A DNA stretch of 64,000 nucleotides from Flectonema sp. DT1601 (taxonomy: Eukaryota). Positions 61,881-64,000 of the stretch are shown piece by piece. Under the pieces are notes generated by a model. That model was not told the origin of the DNA. It did no database searches and saw only the letters and a list, made by a program, of their open reading frames with translations. The position numbers and the translations under genes are program-made. Each line of letters begins with the position of its first letter. Within the stretch, counting starts at the first letter, position 1. The stretch spans positions 620,001-684,000 of the forward strand of contig OZ025800.1 in the NCBI GenBank assembly GCA_964019425.1, read 5' to 3'.

Positions 61881-64000
61881 TTACATCGATTCGACTGTCG
61901 CTTCCAGGGCGCGAGCGTACTCATCCTGCAATTCGGAGAAAGCAGGTCCCCAAACACCACCAGGGAGGTCTGCTCCTACCCATCTCGATTTTCCTGAATG
62001 CTGAGGCCGTACTGACATCCAACTCTGGCGAGTTGCATCCATCTTTCCTTTCAAGGCTTCTAATTTATTTGTGACGGCATCAAAGTCAGTCTTAGCTGAG
62101 AGTTCAATCTTCTGTAGCGTCTCTTCAAACGATTCGATTCCTCCAATACTCGGAAGTTGACCACTACCGAGGACTGATGAAGCTTCTGCAGTGCTGACCC
62201 AATCGCGGAGATTATTTCCTAACAAATTACGAGTTAAGTCTGCAGCCTGTTCTGCTCTACATCTCCCAGCCATTGCTAAACTACCTTCTCTCTCTGGACT
62301 TATAACTCGACTAGTGTTGTGTTCAGGACTTGGTAATCCATAAGCAGGATGACTTATTGAAATAGGAGAGGAAGGTGTTTTAACTCGAGCAGGTACACTC
62401 GCAGTGCTGCTCAGTTTGGCACGTTGACGAAGTGTAGTACCGAAGCTGTCTTTCTCCTGCTGAGATTTCTTCCCAATCCCAGAACTGATAGTTGATACTC
62501 TCGATAAGGCTTCCTTCACTCGAACTTCCCAATCGTCCTCTTCCTGTTTTCGAGTTTCCTCTGCTCTCTCCATAACAGTTTCCTCAACCTCTTCCCTAAC
62601 TGCGATTGGATTCAGTTTTGGAGTTGGACTCGGAGGGCGGGGCAACATCTGTTTAATTTATAGTGAAGAAGTACGCGAGAAAGAAAAACACTAATAAATA
62701 AACAAACAAAAAGTATCATACCTTACACGGTTCAGAAACAGCAACTTGAACGACATCCCCATTTTCTAAATGTCTTCGAATATCATCAGCCCCATCACGG
62801 AACGCGCTAGTAATGCTGTCGTTACGAAATCTGTTCACGACGGGGAAGGTTGGATCTTCTGCAGCTCCGATAGGAAGAGTCTGACGTTTTGGAACATCGC
62901 TTGCCACCTTTTTGACGCCACTGACTGGTATTGATGGAGTTAAATTGGTGTCGATGGTGTTACGCAACTCAACACCTATTCTCGTCAGTTCCTTCATCTG
63001 CTGCGGAGGAACTTCAACTGCGGCTGGGGCTGAGGATGAGGCTGAGGTGACTGTTTGATCGAATGCTTGTACGCTGTTTGTAGCTCTTTTCGCAAAGGAA
63101 ACGCTACTTGCTGTTGAATGTAAACTGCCGGGTGCAGGTTGTGCCATCGGAAGAGTTTGCTGGCTGGCGTCATGCAAATTATGTTCCGTATTGGAGGCGT
63201 TGGAAGTGTTTGAAGCTGCTGGCAGCAGCGTGAAATTTGCAGCTCCCTCGACAGAGCGCCTGACATCGTCTGTTTCTTGAGGACGGATAGGAGTCCCTTC
63301 TATAGGGGTGAGCTGTTGTTTGTCAGCAATTTGTTGTTTTAAAGAAGTATTTAATATTTGAGTATCTAAACAAACTTCTCTCTCATCATGTGATGTACAC
63401 ACACTGGCTGTACGACTAGCTGGTTGAAGAGTTGAGAATCGAATCCCAGCATTCGGATCATCGACCACTTGGAGTTTTTTAATTTGATTTTGAAGAACGT
63501 CCGAAGTACCTCCCAGAGATTGCTTTGATGATGGAAGCTGGTCGCTCTTCTCAGAAAGTTGTTCTGGGATCTCACGATTGCGATTTTGAGTGCCGCTTTC
63601 ACTATTATTACTTGCATTGCTGTTTATGTTTTCAGATTCCGCAGCTAAGGCCAGCCTCGCATCTGCAGGTACCTCAACAGTGTCTCTCACAGTTCTGATA
63701 TTCGAGAGAGTCATCTCAGTAACTTCTGGTAGGCTGACTCGTACTTGTCTAACACTCCCAACTAGACTACTTCTCGCAGTGGTGGTATTGAGCGTATGTT
63801 GATCAGGTTCAGCATTGTCTACAACAACATCAGTCTTCGGGTTAGAACCTAATGAGGGATCACTGTCTGCCTTAGTTGTGGAACCAATGTGAACGCTGTG
63901 TCGTTTGTCATCTCTTGTCCCACTTGCCAGGCTACTCCGACTCTGTCCTCGTAACTCTTCCGTGTTGCGAGTACTCCTGACAGTGCTTCCTTGACCAGTT
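61881..64000 (-). CDS. Ser/Pro/Thr-rich low-complexity protein, 3' part (continues beyond the window); intron 62649-62721
   Basis: ORFs 62716-63714 and 61881-62648 are linked by GTATGA..AAACAG. Coding-like sequence continues to the window edge. Confidence 0.6.

Noticed and set aside
1..64000. tRNA, SL RNA, snRNA genes or telomeric arrays
   Set aside because: None recognised by eye. A covariance-model scan would be needed to exclude them.

Overview
AT-rich eukaryotic genomic DNA with short GT-AG introns and long unidirectional gene clusters: + strand genes at 0.2-9.3 kb and - strand genes at 24.6-64 kb. Many start codons have an (A/T)CAG acceptor a few tens of nt upstream. This suggests a euglenozoan, diplonemid-like protist (inference, not a database match). 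Recognisable genes: IQ-motif protein, GT61-like glycosyltransferase, iodotyrosine deiodinase, PDZ protein, a kinesin with unusual accessory domains, sterol 24-C-methyltransferase, SAS-6-like protein, arylsulfatase, DUF2431/BMT5-like C2H2 protein, a multi-exon BEACH-WD40 gene and a TM9SF nonaspanin. A degenerate LSU rRNA fragment lies at 7.1-7.5 kb. Where the clusters converge (about 16.3-24.5 kb) there is an accessory mosaic. It holds a 75-bp-unit LRR array built from a few reused cassettes, a second LRR fragment forming a 133-bp direct repeat, and remnants of a piggyBac transposon, a VIPER/TATE-like tyrosine-recombinase retroelement, a Sola-like transposase and a non-LTR RT. The best candidate for something new is this modular LRR locus with its flanking repeat and recombinase, but ordinary tandem duplication plus transposon decay explains it equally well from this window alone. 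All family calls come from motif recognition by eye.
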